The notes below the pieces were generated by a model. The model was given only the letters and a program-made list of their open reading frames with translations. It was not told the DNA's origin and did no database searches. A stretch of 64,000 bases of DNA from Octopus sinensis (taxonomy: Eukaryota): the NCBI RefSeq assembly GCF_006345805.1, contig NC_043008.1:37138001-37202000 (forward strand), in the 5' to 3' direction. This document shows positions 63,501-64,000 of the stretch, one piece after another. Position 1 is the first letter of the stretch. Each line of letters begins with the position of its first letter. The position numbers and the translations under genes were made by a program.

Positions 63501-64000
63501 CAGAGGAGTTAGTCCCAACTCCCAGGGCTTGTAGAATTTATTTTTTTGACAGCAAGGTAAACAATACATAAATCAGAATTGGGCTCTAGACCAACGAGGT
63601 CCTTGGGAAATTTTCCAGTGTGGCAGTGCATTAAGATGGCCCTGAGTGCACCTGCTGTAAATTATGGGTGCATAAAAGGTGACAAAGAATAATGGCGATT
63701 GACAGAGAAGGAAGATTTTGCACAAGAGCAGTTAATAAAATGAGCGACTGGGAAATATTTATTTACATTATTTACATTCAACAGATATTTGTCCTTATCT
63801 TTTGTGTTGTTAACATAACGTTTTTGATGATATACCCTCCAGCCTTGTTCTTGGGGAAATTTCAAACCTGGGTTCTCATTGCTAAGGTATTTTTGGATGC
63901 TATTATTATTATTATTATTATTGTTGTTCAGGTCACTGCTTGGAATTGAACTCAGAATCTTGGGGTTAATAGCGCATGCTCTTAACCACTATGCCATATG

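Overview
This is AT-rich eukaryotic non-coding DNA, heavily loaded with microsatellites and repeats. The SINE families and (TA)n/(CA)n/(AAT)n/(GAT)n load look like an octopus (cephalopod) genome; this is inferred, not verified. I cannot name any host protein-coding gene. Nearly all ORFs in the supplied track come from microsatellites, SINEs or decayed transposons. Well-supported content: several tRNA-headed SINE families; a (GAT)n-tailed non-autonomous retroposon family; many RTE-clade and restriction-like-endonuclease (R4/Dong-type) LINE fragments; Tc1/mariner elements, including a full-length decayed DD37D (maT) copy and a mariner inside a multi-layer nest; Helentron-like non-autonomous elements; and several fold-back hairpins. 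Strand asymmetry and some splice-site pairs weakly suggest that the window is intronic or 3' sequence of a minus-strand gene with small exons. The most striking item is a consensus-intact type I hammerhead ribozyme motif at 57128-57205, inside a 378-bp element bounded by perfect 58-bp inverted repeats. Decayed hammerhead motifs occur in other small microsatellite-embedded elements. Also notable are competing RNA pairings around a candidate 15-nt micro-exon (47548-47784) and a ~140-bp inverted duplication that brackets a candidate exon (8688-9098).
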